This document shows positions 20,504 to 30,200 of a stretch of DNA of 64,000 nt, piece by piece. Origin of the DNA: Bacteroidia bacterium (GTDB lineage: Bacteria; Bacteroidota; Bacteroidia; M30B66); assembly GCA_965279035.1 (NCBI GenBank), contig OZ257142.1, positions 128,001 through 192,000 on the forward strand, read 5' to 3'. The notes under the pieces were generated by a model. That model saw only the letters and a program-made list of their open reading frames with translations. It made no database searches and was not told where the DNA came from. A program made the translations under genes and the position numbers. Each line of letters begins with the position of its first letter. The first letter of the stretch is position 1.

Positions 20504-22975
20504 TTGTCTAAATCGCTTTTTTCTTTTTTCATTCTTACCGTTTTATTCGCCCATACGCTTGGGGCTCAGATTACGCGTGTAAAAGGAACTGTAAAAGATG
20601 CTACGACAAAAGAAACAATGCCTTTTGTCAATTTGATTTTCAAAGGAACTTCAATAGGAACTTCAACCGACATAAACGGAACTTTTGAATTAGAAGCTCA
20701 GCGTTCAGTAGATACGCTCCTTATCAGCTTCATGGGTTATAAAACCAAACGTGTAGGCATACTTCGTAATAAATCCAATACAGTTAATATTGAACTTCAA
20801 CCCGAAAATATTACGCTTCGGGAAGTAGTTATTCTACCTGGTGAAAACCCTGCTCACCGCATTATGCGCGAAGTGGTAGCTCATAAAAACGTAAACAATC
20901 CACAAAACGTAAAAACGTATCAATACGAGGTTTACAATAAAATTCAGTTCGATCTCAATAATTTCAAAGAAGGTTTTACTAAAAAGAAACTCTTCAAGCC
21001 CTTTGATTTCGTCTTTTCTTATGCCGATACAACCGAAGATGGAAAGCCTTATTTACCCATTGCTTTCACCGAAACATTCGCTCAAGTAACCTATACAAGC
21101 AATCCCGAAAGGAAACAAGAGCTCATAAAGGCCAGCCAAATTTCAGGGATTAAAAATGCCAGTGTCTCTCAGTTTCTGGGTGATATGTATCAAAATGTAA
21201 ACATCTACGATAACTTCTTGCTCATATTCAACAAAAGTTTCGTTAGCCCTGTTACCGACAATTTTCTGCGGTATTACAAATATTATTTGGTCGATAGTGT
21301 TTACATCGGAAACGAACGTTGCTATAAATTACTCTTCCTCCCCAAACGTAAACAAGACTTAACATTTACTGGAAATCTGTTTATACACGATTCAACCTTT
21401 GCAGTCAAACAAGTAAATATCCGTTTTAACGATAATGCCAACATCAATTATATCAAGCAGTTTGATGTGTTTCAGGAATACGAACGCGTGGATGGGAAAC
21501 AATGGATGCTCACCTATGAAAAATCTTTAGGCGATTTTGCTCCATTCGAAAAAGCCAATGGGAAAGGTGTTTTTGGTCGAAAGACAACTCGCTATCAAAA
21601 CTTCCGAATAAACAACTTGATAGCCGATTCGCTTTTCAAAGCTGGACAAGACATTATCGTATCTGATAGTGCCGATAAACATGATGATAGCTACTGGAAT
21701 CAATTAAGACCAGATTCGCTCACCCAAAAAGAACGCGACATTTATGTGATGGTTGATTCGCTCAAACAAGTGCCGCGGCTCATAAATACACGCTATTTCG
21801 GACAAATGCTTGCTACCGGTTATTTGCATTCGCATTGGATGGAAATAGGAAAGTACTACACCTTTGTGAGTTGGAACGATATCGAAGGTGTCCGCTTAAA
21901 ATTTGGCGGAATAACATCCAACGACTTTAGTAAACGCCTCGAACTTCGCGGTTCGCTTGCTTATGGATTGCAGGATAATCGCTTCAAAGCCCGAACTGGA
22001 TTGCGCTATTTTGTAGATAAAAACAAAAAACACAGAAGGCTACTCACGCTTACTTACAAATCAGATTTGGAACAGTTAAGCTTAAGTGCAAACTCCTTAA
22101 CGCTCGACAATATTCTAACGTCCATCCTACGCAGAACGGCATTGAAAAATGTAACCAATGTGGAAGAAGGTTTTGCAATGCTTGAATATGATTGGTTTCC
22201 TGGACTCAGTAATAAATTCACAGTTTTCAACAGAAGACTTGTTCCTTTAGGCAATTTCAAATTTGAACGTCAGTTGACTTCGGGAGAAAAAGTAAATGTG
22301 TCTCAAATTACTACCACCGAAATTGGGATACAAACTCGCTTTGCTTGGGGCGAAAAGTTTATCACCGGTGAATTCGATCGAACAAGTATCGGCACACGCT
22401 ACCCGATTATCACCCTTGATTTAGGATTAGGCGTTCCAAATGTATTGAGTTCACAATTCAATTATGTAAAAGCGCGTTTGAGAATTAGCGATCGCTTTCG
22501 GATTAATCCAATGGGCTATACCGATTATGTGATTGATTTTGGGAAAATATGGGGAACAGCGCCCTACTTATTTTTGGAATTACACCAAGGTTCTCAAACA
22601 TATGCGCTCGATCCTTTGGCGTTTAACATGATGAACATCTTTGAATTTGCTAGCGATCGTTATGCATACCTCTTTATTGATCATCATTTTGAAGGTTTCT
22701 TTCTGAATAAAATACCTTTGATGCGCAAACTAAAATGGCGCGAAGTAGTGACTTTAAAATCGGTGATCGGTGATATGAGAGCAGAGAATGTAAATCAACT
22801 GGTTTATCCCGGTGGATTAGATCCTCAATTGCATCGTCCTTATCTTGAAAGTGGCTTTGCAGTTGAAAATATTTTTAAAATTGTACGGGTCGATGCCCTT
22901 TGGCGAATGACACACCTTGATCGTCCCAATACGCGTGCATTTGGTGTTCGTGTTTCACTTTCTTTCCGCTTTTAA
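20504..22975 (+). CDS. Outer-membrane protein with carboxypeptidase-like regulatory domain and DUF5686-like barrel
   Basis: Signal peptide (TTG start), VKGTVKDATTKE..PFVN..GTSTDINGTF, LREVVI, C-terminal F. Confidence 0.8.
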   Translation: MSKSLFSFFILTVLFAHTLGAQITRVKGTVKDATTKETMPFVNLIFKGTSIGTSTDINGTFELEAQRSVDTLLISFMGYKTKRVGILRNKSNTVNIELQPENITLREVVILPGENPAHRIMREVVAHKNVNNPQNVKTYQYEVYNKIQFDLNNFKEGFTKKKLFKPFDFVFSYADTTEDGKPYLPIAFTETFAQVTYTSNPERKQELIKASQISGIKNASVSQFLGDMYQNVNIYDNFLLIFNKSFVSPVTDNFLRYYKYYLVDSVYIGNERCYKLLFLPKRKQDLTFTGNLFIHDSTFAVKQVNIRFNDNANINYIKQFDVFQEYERVDGKQWMLTYEKSLGDFAPFEKANGKGVFGRKTTRYQNFRINNLIADSLFKAGQDIIVSDSADKHDDSYWNQLRPDSLTQKERDIYVMVDSLKQVPRLINTRYFGQMLATGYLHSHWMEIGKYYTFVSWNDIEGVRLKFGGITSNDFSKRLELRGSLAYGLQDNRFKARTGLRYFVDKNKKHRRLLTLTYKSDLEQLSLSANSLTLDNILTSILRRTALKNVTNVEEGFAMLEYDWFPGLSNKFTVFNRRLVPLGNFKFERQLTSGEKVNVSQITTTEIGIQTRFAWGEKFITGEFDRTSIGTRYPIITLDLGLGVPNVLSSQFNYVKARLRISDRFRINPMGYTDYVIDFGKIWGTAPYLFLELHQGSQTYALDPLAFNMMNIFEFASDRYAYLFIDHHFEGFFLNKIPLMRKLKWREVVTLKSVIGDMRAENVNQLVYPGGLDPQLHRPYLESGFAVENIFKIVRVDALWRMTHLDRPNTRAFGVRVSLSFRF

Positions 22976-22978
22976 TTT

Positions 22979-23704
22979 ATGAAACTACATACGAATAATC
23001 TGGTAAAGCGCTATAAAAAGCGTACAGTCGTGAATCATGTTTCGGTGGAAGTGAACCAAGGTGAAATTGTTGGTTTGCTTGGTCCTAATGGCGCTGGTAA
23101 AACAACCACATTTTACATGACCGTTGGGCTCATTCGTCCAAATGAAGGCGATGTTTTTCTGGATGATTTAAACATCACCGATTTGCCCATGTACCGTAGA
23201 GCACAGCTAGGAATTGGTTACTTGGCTCAAGAAGCTTCGGTGTTTCGTAAATTGAGTGTAGAAGATAATATTAAAGCCATTTTGGAGATGACTAAACTCT
23301 CGAAAGTGGAGCAAAAAAAACGGCTTGAGTCTTTGCTAGATGAGTTTAGCTTGCAGAAAATTCGTACAAACCGAGGTGACCTTTTATCGGGTGGTGAACG
23401 AAGAAGAACAGAGATTGCTCGCGCCTTGGCTTCAGATCCAAAATTCATTCTTCTCGACGAACCGTTTGCTGGAGTTGATCCCATAGCGGTGGAAGATATT
23501 CAAAGCATTGTTGCCAAATTGAAAGATCGGAACATCGGAATTCTCATCACCGATCACAACGTACACGAAACACTCAACATTACCGATCGCGCATATCTGT
23601 TATATGAAGGCAAAATTCTAAAATCGGGTACCGCCGAAGAACTCGCTGCAGATGAAACTGTTCGACGTGTTTACTTGGGAATGAACTTCGAATTACGTCG
23701 TTAG
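22979..23704 (+). CDS. lptB: LPS export ABC transporter ATP-binding protein
   Basis: [48 protein letters not shown]. Confidence 0.96.
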   Translation: MKLHTNNLVKRYKKRTVVNHVSVEVNQGEIVGLLGPNGAGKTTTFYMTVGLIRPNEGDVFLDDLNITDLPMYRRAQLGIGYLAQEASVFRKLSVEDNIKAILEMTKLSKVEQKKRLESLLDEFSLQKIRTNRGDLLSGGERRRTEIARALASDPKFILLDEPFAGVDPIAVEDIQSIVAKLKDRNIGILITDHNVHETLNITDRAYLLYEGKILKSGTAEELAADETVRRVYLGMNFELRR

Positions 23705-23788
23705 TGTTGATGATTTTCATGTTTAATCATTCAATCCAATAGAAAGAGAAATCTCGAAGCGCTTATATTTGTAACTTATCTCAGTCCA

Positions 23789-24040
23789 ATGAAATTTATT
23801 GCAGAAATTGATGTGATGCCTCACAAGGCTCTACTCGATCCACAAGGAAAAGCCGTTAGCGGAAGTATGAAAAACTTGGGCCTTCCTGAGATTGGAAATG
23901 TACGAATCGGAAAACACATTCAATTAGAAGTGGAGGCAGGCGATGAAAAAGCTGCCCGCGAAAAAATTGACAAAGCCTGCAAAGAATTATTAGCCAATCC
24001 AATTATGGAAGGTTATCATTTTACGGTGATTTCGGCTTAG
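23789..24040 (+). CDS. purS: FGAM synthase subunit PurS
   Basis: LLDPQGKAV, VRIGKHI, LLANPIME. Confidence 0.95.
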   Translation: MKFIAEIDVMPHKALLDPQGKAVSGSMKNLGLPEIGNVRIGKHIQLEVEAGDEKAAREKIDKACKELLANPIMEGYHFTVISA

Positions 24041-24050
24041 ATAATTTCCT

Positions 24051-24782
24051 TTAAACAGGAGTACTCTTCGTTTTTGTTGCAAGCATTTGCACTAAAGAAA
24101 TCAGCACGTAAAGTCCCACAAATGGGGCAAGTGCTGCAAACTTTAGCCAAATAAAAAACGGAACCGAAAGGAGAATCAAACTGTATTGAGCTTCGTTCCC
24201 TTTCCAAGTTAAATTTTTCAGTTTAAAGCTAAACATCGGTATTTCCGATACTAATAAAAAGGAAGTCAACACTGCGATTCCACATAAAATCCAAGTGGAA
24301 AACCAATAAGTTCCATTGTGATATCCAATCCATATTCCTGCCCAAAATAAAGCATTGGCTGGTGTAGGCATTCCTATAAACGAACTACTTTGTCGCGTAT
24401 CGTGATTGAATTTTGCTAAACGATAGGCAGAAAAAACGGCAATCAATAGAGCGATTGAAGTCGGAAATTGCATAAAGAATTCGGCAACTTCTTCGCCTGT
24501 TTGCAAGGAACTCAATTGTGATTCAGCAATGAGTCGAAAAGCCATCATCGAAGGCAAAACTCCAAATGTTACCATGTCGGCCAATGAATCCAAATCTTTT
24601 CCAATTGGAGAAGATACTTTGAGTGCTCGTGCTGCAAAGCCATCAAAAAAGTCAAACACTCCTGCCAACAACATGAGCAAAGGAACCAAGTCAGGATTAC
24701 CTGCTAACAGTTGCTGAATAGCCAAGCAGCCACATAGCAAATTAGAAAGAGTTAGTGCGTTAGGCAGGTTTTGTTTTAGCAT
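24051..24782 (-). CDS. pssA: CDP-alcohol phosphatidyltransferase (phosphatidylserine synthase type)
   Basis: LPNALTLSNL, DFFDGFAAR...GKDLDSLADMVTFG, RLAKFN, FIGMPTP. Confidence 0.85.
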   Translation of the reverse strand: MLKQNLPNALTLSNLLCGCLAIQQLLAGNPDLVPLLMLLAGVFDFFDGFAARALKVSSPIGKDLDSLADMVTFGVLPSMMAFRLIAESQLSSLQTGEEVAEFFMQFPTSIALLIAVFSAYRLAKFNHDTRQSSSFIGMPTPANALFWAGIWIGYHNGTYWFSTWILCGIAVLTSFLLVSEIPMFSFKLKNLTWKGNEAQYSLILLSVPFFIWLKFAALAPFVGLYVLISLVQMLATKTKSTPV

Positions 24783-25947
24783 CGTTAATCCCTACTGGAT
24801 TGTATTCGCGAGTTGGATTGTAGTTTTTCTTACGGCGAATGAATTTCTTTTCGAAGTATTCTGTACTGAAAATTGCTAGCGCAAAAGTAATGGCAAATGC
24901 AATCAAAGGTTCTATCAATAAAACAGAAGTTAAGTTTTCTTCACTTACTATGAACTTCATGATTCGATATCCTAAAATAATCCCAATGGCATGATATGCA
25001 TACATGCTATAAGCATGCTTTCCGGGATAATTGAATATGCGCAATTTGGCTAATTTGAAAACCGAATTAGAACTGAAATTCTGTTCAAAAACAAAAAATG
25101 CCAACGTGAGCGTGAGCACTACGCGTTCGATAATAAATACCAATTGTTCAGGTATCATTTGCATCCGAAATTCAATGGGCTTTAAGAATATCAACACTCC
25201 AAAAAATGCGAGGTATATAAACCCAATCGTCCGGCGTGTTTGCTTTTTCAAGAAAATGTAAAGTTTGTATTTAAAGAAACAGAAGTAGGCTAAATACGAA
25301 CCAACTATAAAATCACACATCACGTTCAAGGTGCTGTAACGGAACGAATCATCTTGCGACCACATCCAAGCAGAACCAATAAAAGCAAGCATTGCAATGA
25401 CAAACAAGGTCATTTCCTTTCTACGAAAATTAGCCATCAACAAAGGCCAAATCAATATAAATTGAAATGAAACTGCGATTGACCACATATTTCCTAATAC
25501 TCCTTGAATTGGATTTCCGGTATCGATGTAATGATAATTAAATATAAAACCGAGGTATTCTGCAATACCAATTGGTTGATTCGTACTATCAGGAATTCCG
25601 GTATCGACATTCGGAAGAATAAAAAATCCTAACAAAAACAGAAGAAAATACAAGGGTAACATCCCCAAAATCCGACGCATGTAAAAGCGTAAAAGATTCA
25701 TTTTCTTATAGATAAATCGCTCTTCGAAAATTGTCCAAGTGTTCAAAAACCCTGTTAGTAGAAAGAGTAAACTGTAGCAAACACTATTGAGATTGCCTGT
25801 AACTTGCCGCATGTCAAGAAACAAAGATGATACTTCAACCTGTTGATTGTCTGTTATGAAACAATGAGAAAAGAAAATGCCGAAAAACGCCAGAAACCGA
25901 AGCGAATTGATATTGTCAAAATGTGATTTCTTAATAAGTCGTTTCAT
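24760..25947 (-). CDS. Acyltransferase-3 (OafA-like) membrane protein, divergent
   Basis: INSLRFLA...H, FYMRRIL, WSIAV, YSMYAYH, EYFEK; about 10 TM. Confidence 0.75.
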   Translation of the reverse strand: MKRLIKKSHFDNINSLRFLAFFGIFFSHCFITDNQQVEVSSLFLDMRQVTGNLNSVCYSLLFLLTGFLNTWTIFEERFIYKKMNLLRFYMRRILGMLPLYFLLFLLGFFILPNVDTGIPDSTNQPIGIAEYLGFIFNYHYIDTGNPIQGVLGNMWSIAVSFQFILIWPLLMANFRRKEMTLFVIAMLAFIGSAWMWSQDDSFRYSTLNVMCDFIVGSYLAYFCFFKYKLYIFLKKQTRRTIGFIYLAFFGVLIFLKPIEFRMQMIPEQLVFIIERVVLTLTLAFFVFEQNFSSNSVFKLAKLRIFNYPGKHAYSMYAYHAIGIILGYRIMKFIVSEENLTSVLLIEPLIAFAITFALAIFSTEYFEKKFIRRKKNYNPTREYNPVGINDAKTKPA

Positions 25948-26095
25948 GTACCAAATTCAATCTCTTCTATCCACATTTTTGGAAAGCAAACATGCAAAGG
26001 AAAAAAAGATTCTATACCTACAAAATAAATCCTGTCCGAATACGCTTAATCGGGTGAAAAGACCCCGCGATTCATCCAAATCATTTTTTTAAAAT

Positions 26096-27238
26096 ATGCA
26101 TAATGCCCACTATATCAACTACATGAAATACATCAGGCTGCTAATTTTATTTTTCGTGTTGTTTACACAAGGCGAAATCTCCGCTCAAACTGCTCGAAAA
26201 TACAGTAATGAGTTCCTCTCAATCGGTGTTGGTGCACGCGCATTGGGTATGTCCGGAGCCTTTGTTTCTGCTGCTTCTGATGCAACAGCTGGTTATTGGA
26301 ATCCCGCTGGATTAACTGGAATTACCTCTAAATTCCAAGGTGCATTGATGCATTCGGAATACTTTGCAGGAATTGCCAAATACGATTATGGTTGTCTGGC
26401 AACTCGCCTCGATCCTAAAAGCGTTCTTGCCGTTTCGGTTGTTCGATTTGGTGTGGATGATATTCCCGATACCTCCGAACTCATCGATGCCAATGGAAAC
26501 ATTAACTACGATCGAATCCAATCATTCTCTGCTGCCGATTATGGATTCCTTTTTTCCTACGCCCGTCAACTAAAAAAAGAAGGACTTAGCATTGGAGCAA
26601 ATGCCAAAGTAATTCATCGGAAAGTGGGCGACTTTGCAAAATCTTGGGGATTCGGCCTTGATGCTGGTGTGCAATACAATCCTGGGAAATGGCGCTGGTC
26701 GGCTATGGCTCGCGATATTACTTCTACGTTTAATGCTTGGTCTTACAATTTAAGTCAAGCTCAACGTGATGCATTATCATCCACTGGCAATGAGATTCCT
26801 CAAAATTCACTTGAAATCACATTACCCACTCTAACCTTAGGAGCCGCTCGAAAATTCGAATTCGGGAAGAAATTTACGCTACTCACCGAACTCGATCTCC
26901 AAACAACCTTCGACGGAATGAGAAATACCATCATCCGCGATAAAACTTTTTCCATGACTCCTGTGTTTGGATTAGAAGCCGGTTTTAAAAACATCATCTT
27001 TCTTCGTGGCGGTGTTGGAAACCTTCAAACTATTCAAAATGATGCGAATACTGGTCGAACAACTACCTTTCAACCCAACCTCGGCTTAGGAATTCGTATT
27101 AAAGGAATTCAAATCGATTATGCCCTTACCGACATAGGTGATCAAAGTACAGCGCTGTTCTCTAATGTATTTTCTCTTCGTTTCGACATCAACGCTGCTG
27201 ATAAGAAACCGAGTTCATCAACTTCAACGACCAAGTAA
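26096..27238 (+). CDS. PorV/PorQ-family T9SS shuttle beta-barrel (PorV2-like)
   Basis: EFLSIGVGARALGMSGA, DATAGYWNPAGL, DYALTD; start may be ATG 26123. Confidence 0.82.
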   Translation: MHNAHYINYMKYIRLLILFFVLFTQGEISAQTARKYSNEFLSIGVGARALGMSGAFVSAASDATAGYWNPAGLTGITSKFQGALMHSEYFAGIAKYDYGCLATRLDPKSVLAVSVVRFGVDDIPDTSELIDANGNINYDRIQSFSAADYGFLFSYARQLKKEGLSIGANAKVIHRKVGDFAKSWGFGLDAGVQYNPGKWRWSAMARDITSTFNAWSYNLSQAQRDALSSTGNEIPQNSLEITLPTLTLGAARKFEFGKKFTLLTELDLQTTFDGMRNTIIRDKTFSMTPVFGLEAGFKNIIFLRGGVGNLQTIQNDANTGRTTTFQPNLGLGIRIKGIQIDYALTDIGDQSTALFSNVFSLRFDINAADKKPSSSTSTTK

Positions 27239-27246
27239 GTTTGCTT

Positions 27247-30200
27247 ATGGTAAAACGTTACTTCCTTCCATTTTTATTTCTATTTTTTGTTCAATCTATC
27301 CTTGCGCAACCATTCGGCAATGAGTGGATTCAGTACAACCAATCATATTACAAAATTAAAGTTTGGAACGATGGTGTTTACAGAATCTCCTTTGCTGCCT
27401 TAACAGAAGCTATTCCTGCGCTTGTTGCAACAGATCCTCGTAATCTCCAGATCTTTGGACGCGGTCAAGAACAAGCCATTTACATCCAAGGTGAAAGCGA
27501 TGGAACTTGGGACTCAGCCGATTTTGTTGAGTTTTTTGGACGGAAAAATACAGGCTGGCTCGATGCATCCATGTATCCTGATGCCAATGCACATGGGAAT
27601 CCAAATTATTCCTTGATTTCGGATACAGCATCCTATTTTATCACTTGGAATTCTTCTACCTCTAATTTGAGGATGATCTCCGAAACGGATGTGAACTTCA
27701 CCGGAATTACCGCAGCTCCCTATTTCATCAATCAAGTAAACTATCAGGAAACTAGCGATTACTATTTTGGTAAAACCGATTTCAACAATTCTACCGATCC
27801 CGAATATACCGATGGTGAAGGCTGGGCTGGTGCTGTTTTTACGGCACCTCTACTCAATCAAATAATTTCTCTTCCAAGTACAAATGCCGTTGCTACTGGA
27901 CCACAGGCAAATTTATCCATTGTTTACAACACCATTTCCAATGCACCTTGGTTTAATGATCATCATTACCAAATGCAGCTTAGCAATCTTGCTGTTTTAG
28001 ACACTATAATGGAAGGTCATGGTTGTAGAAAGTTTTCATTTTCGATGAATGCTTCTGGACTTGGAGCTTCCACTACTCAGTTTAAACATTCCTACCTCGG
28101 CATAAACGATAACAATGGTGTTTTAGTCACTTCCAATAGTATGTTCTCCAATTACGTGTGGCGTTATCCGCATAGTTTCAATTTGGAAAACAAAACGTAT
28201 TATCGCATGTGGCTGCCCGACAATCCCAATAGTAGCAACTATTTGCTCAACATGAGTAATCTTGCCGCAGCTGGTTCGACCGTTTGGCTGTATGATTTGA
28301 GCAATGGAAAACGTATTACCGTTTTACCTGTTGCGGGTGTTTACAAAGCCATTGTTCCAAATGGTTCGGGTGCTGAAAAAGAACTTTTTGTTGTTCCTGA
28401 AAACCAATTTTCATCCATCGCAGGAACAGCCATCCAACCTGTAAATTCAGCCAGTGCTCAACCCGGAAAATTTACCGATTTGCAAAACATTCCCGGGTAC
28501 CAATTTTTGCTGGTTTCCAATAGAAACTTGAGCCAAGAAGCTCAGAATTACAAAGCATACCGCACTGCAAAATACAGCTCCGAAGTTGTTTATGTGGATG
28601 AACTATTCGATCAATTTAGCTACGGTATTACTCAACATCCGCTTGCTATTCGAAATTTTGCTAATACGGCTTTGTCTTATTGGACCACAAAACCCGAATA
28701 CTTACTACTTCTCGGAAAATCAATTTCAGCTCATTTTATTCGAAACGATGCCCAAGCCTGGAGCGAATGCATGGTTCCAACTTATGGCTTTCCATCAAGC
28801 GATGCTTTGTTAACAGCAGGATTAAATGGAACATTGCCCTATGAACCTGCATTAGCAACGGGACGTGTTGCCGCTAAGAATGGCGCTGATGTGACTGCTT
28901 ACCTCAATAAACTTCAAGAATACGAAGCCAATGAACCAGCACTTTGGATGAAACAGATTCTCCATTTTGGTGGTGGTCAAAGTCAAGGCGAACAACAAAC
29001 TTACTTGAATTACTTAGGAACCTATAAGCACACCATCGAAGACACGCTGTTTGGAGGAACAGTTTATACCTATCAAAAAACCAGCTCTGCTCCTATTGAG
29101 CAAACACAAAGCGCCATCATTGCCGATTACATAAACAATGGTGTTTCCTTGATGACCTTTTTTGGACATGCTACTGGAAGTGGATTTGACGTAAGTATTG
29201 ATGATCCGGGTTCCTATAATAATCAAGGGAAATATCCTTTCCTTATCGGGAATTCTTGTTATGCCGGCGATATCCACCAACCACCCGGATTTGGCTTTAG
29301 TCAAAGTGAGGAATTTACCCTCATTCCCAATCGGGGAACTATCGGCTTTATCGCTTCTGTTTCGCTCGGAATTCCCAATCAATTGCACACTTACACCGAT
29401 TCTTTGTATAAATACATAGGACAGCGTCATTACGGAGAACCGGTTGGAATGAGCATGAAGCGTGTTTGTCACGATATCTATTCGAACGATCCTTTCCGAA
29501 AAGCTGTAATACTTGAAACAACATTACACGGCGATCCAGGCGTTGCAATGAATCATGCCGATTTGCCCGATTACCTCACTACGGCACCTGAAGTTTATTT
29601 CGATCCAAATGAAGTAACGACCGAAGTAGATAGCTTCAGCTTAAACATTGTTGTTACGAATGTTGGGCGTGCAACTAATCAACCGGTAACCCTTGAAGTC
29701 GTTCGTAATTTCCCCGGAACTGGACTTACAACAACCTATTCACGCGTGATGCAACAATTGTATTACCGTGATACACTTCATATTCGCATGCCGGTAACCG
29801 ATTTGGTAAAAGGTGGTGTGGGCATCAATACGTTCAACATTCGTATAGATCCATTGAATCAGCAAGCAGAGCTTTCAGAATCCAATAACAACCTAACTGC
29901 AACACTTATTATCCGTTCTGCTGAAGTCTTACCTGTTTGGCCTTATGAATATGCCTTAGTTCCTGATAACTCGGTTACGTTAAAAGCTTCTACCGGAGAT
30001 CCTTTTGCTCCCGTTCGGAACTACATTTTCGAAATGGATACAACAGATCTCTTTAATAGTCCATTTAAAATAACTACCACCATTACACAAGCAGGTGGAG
30101 TTCTCAACTGGGTGCCACCATTGACTTTACAAGATAGCATGGTGTATTTCTGGCGCGTTTCTCCCGATTCAGTTGCTGGAGGATCGTATCGTTGGAAAGA

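Noticed and set aside
18367-24040. Split purQ / purS without purL as something unusual
   Set aside because: Scattered pur genes are ordinary in Bacteroidota; purL is presumably elsewhere in the genome
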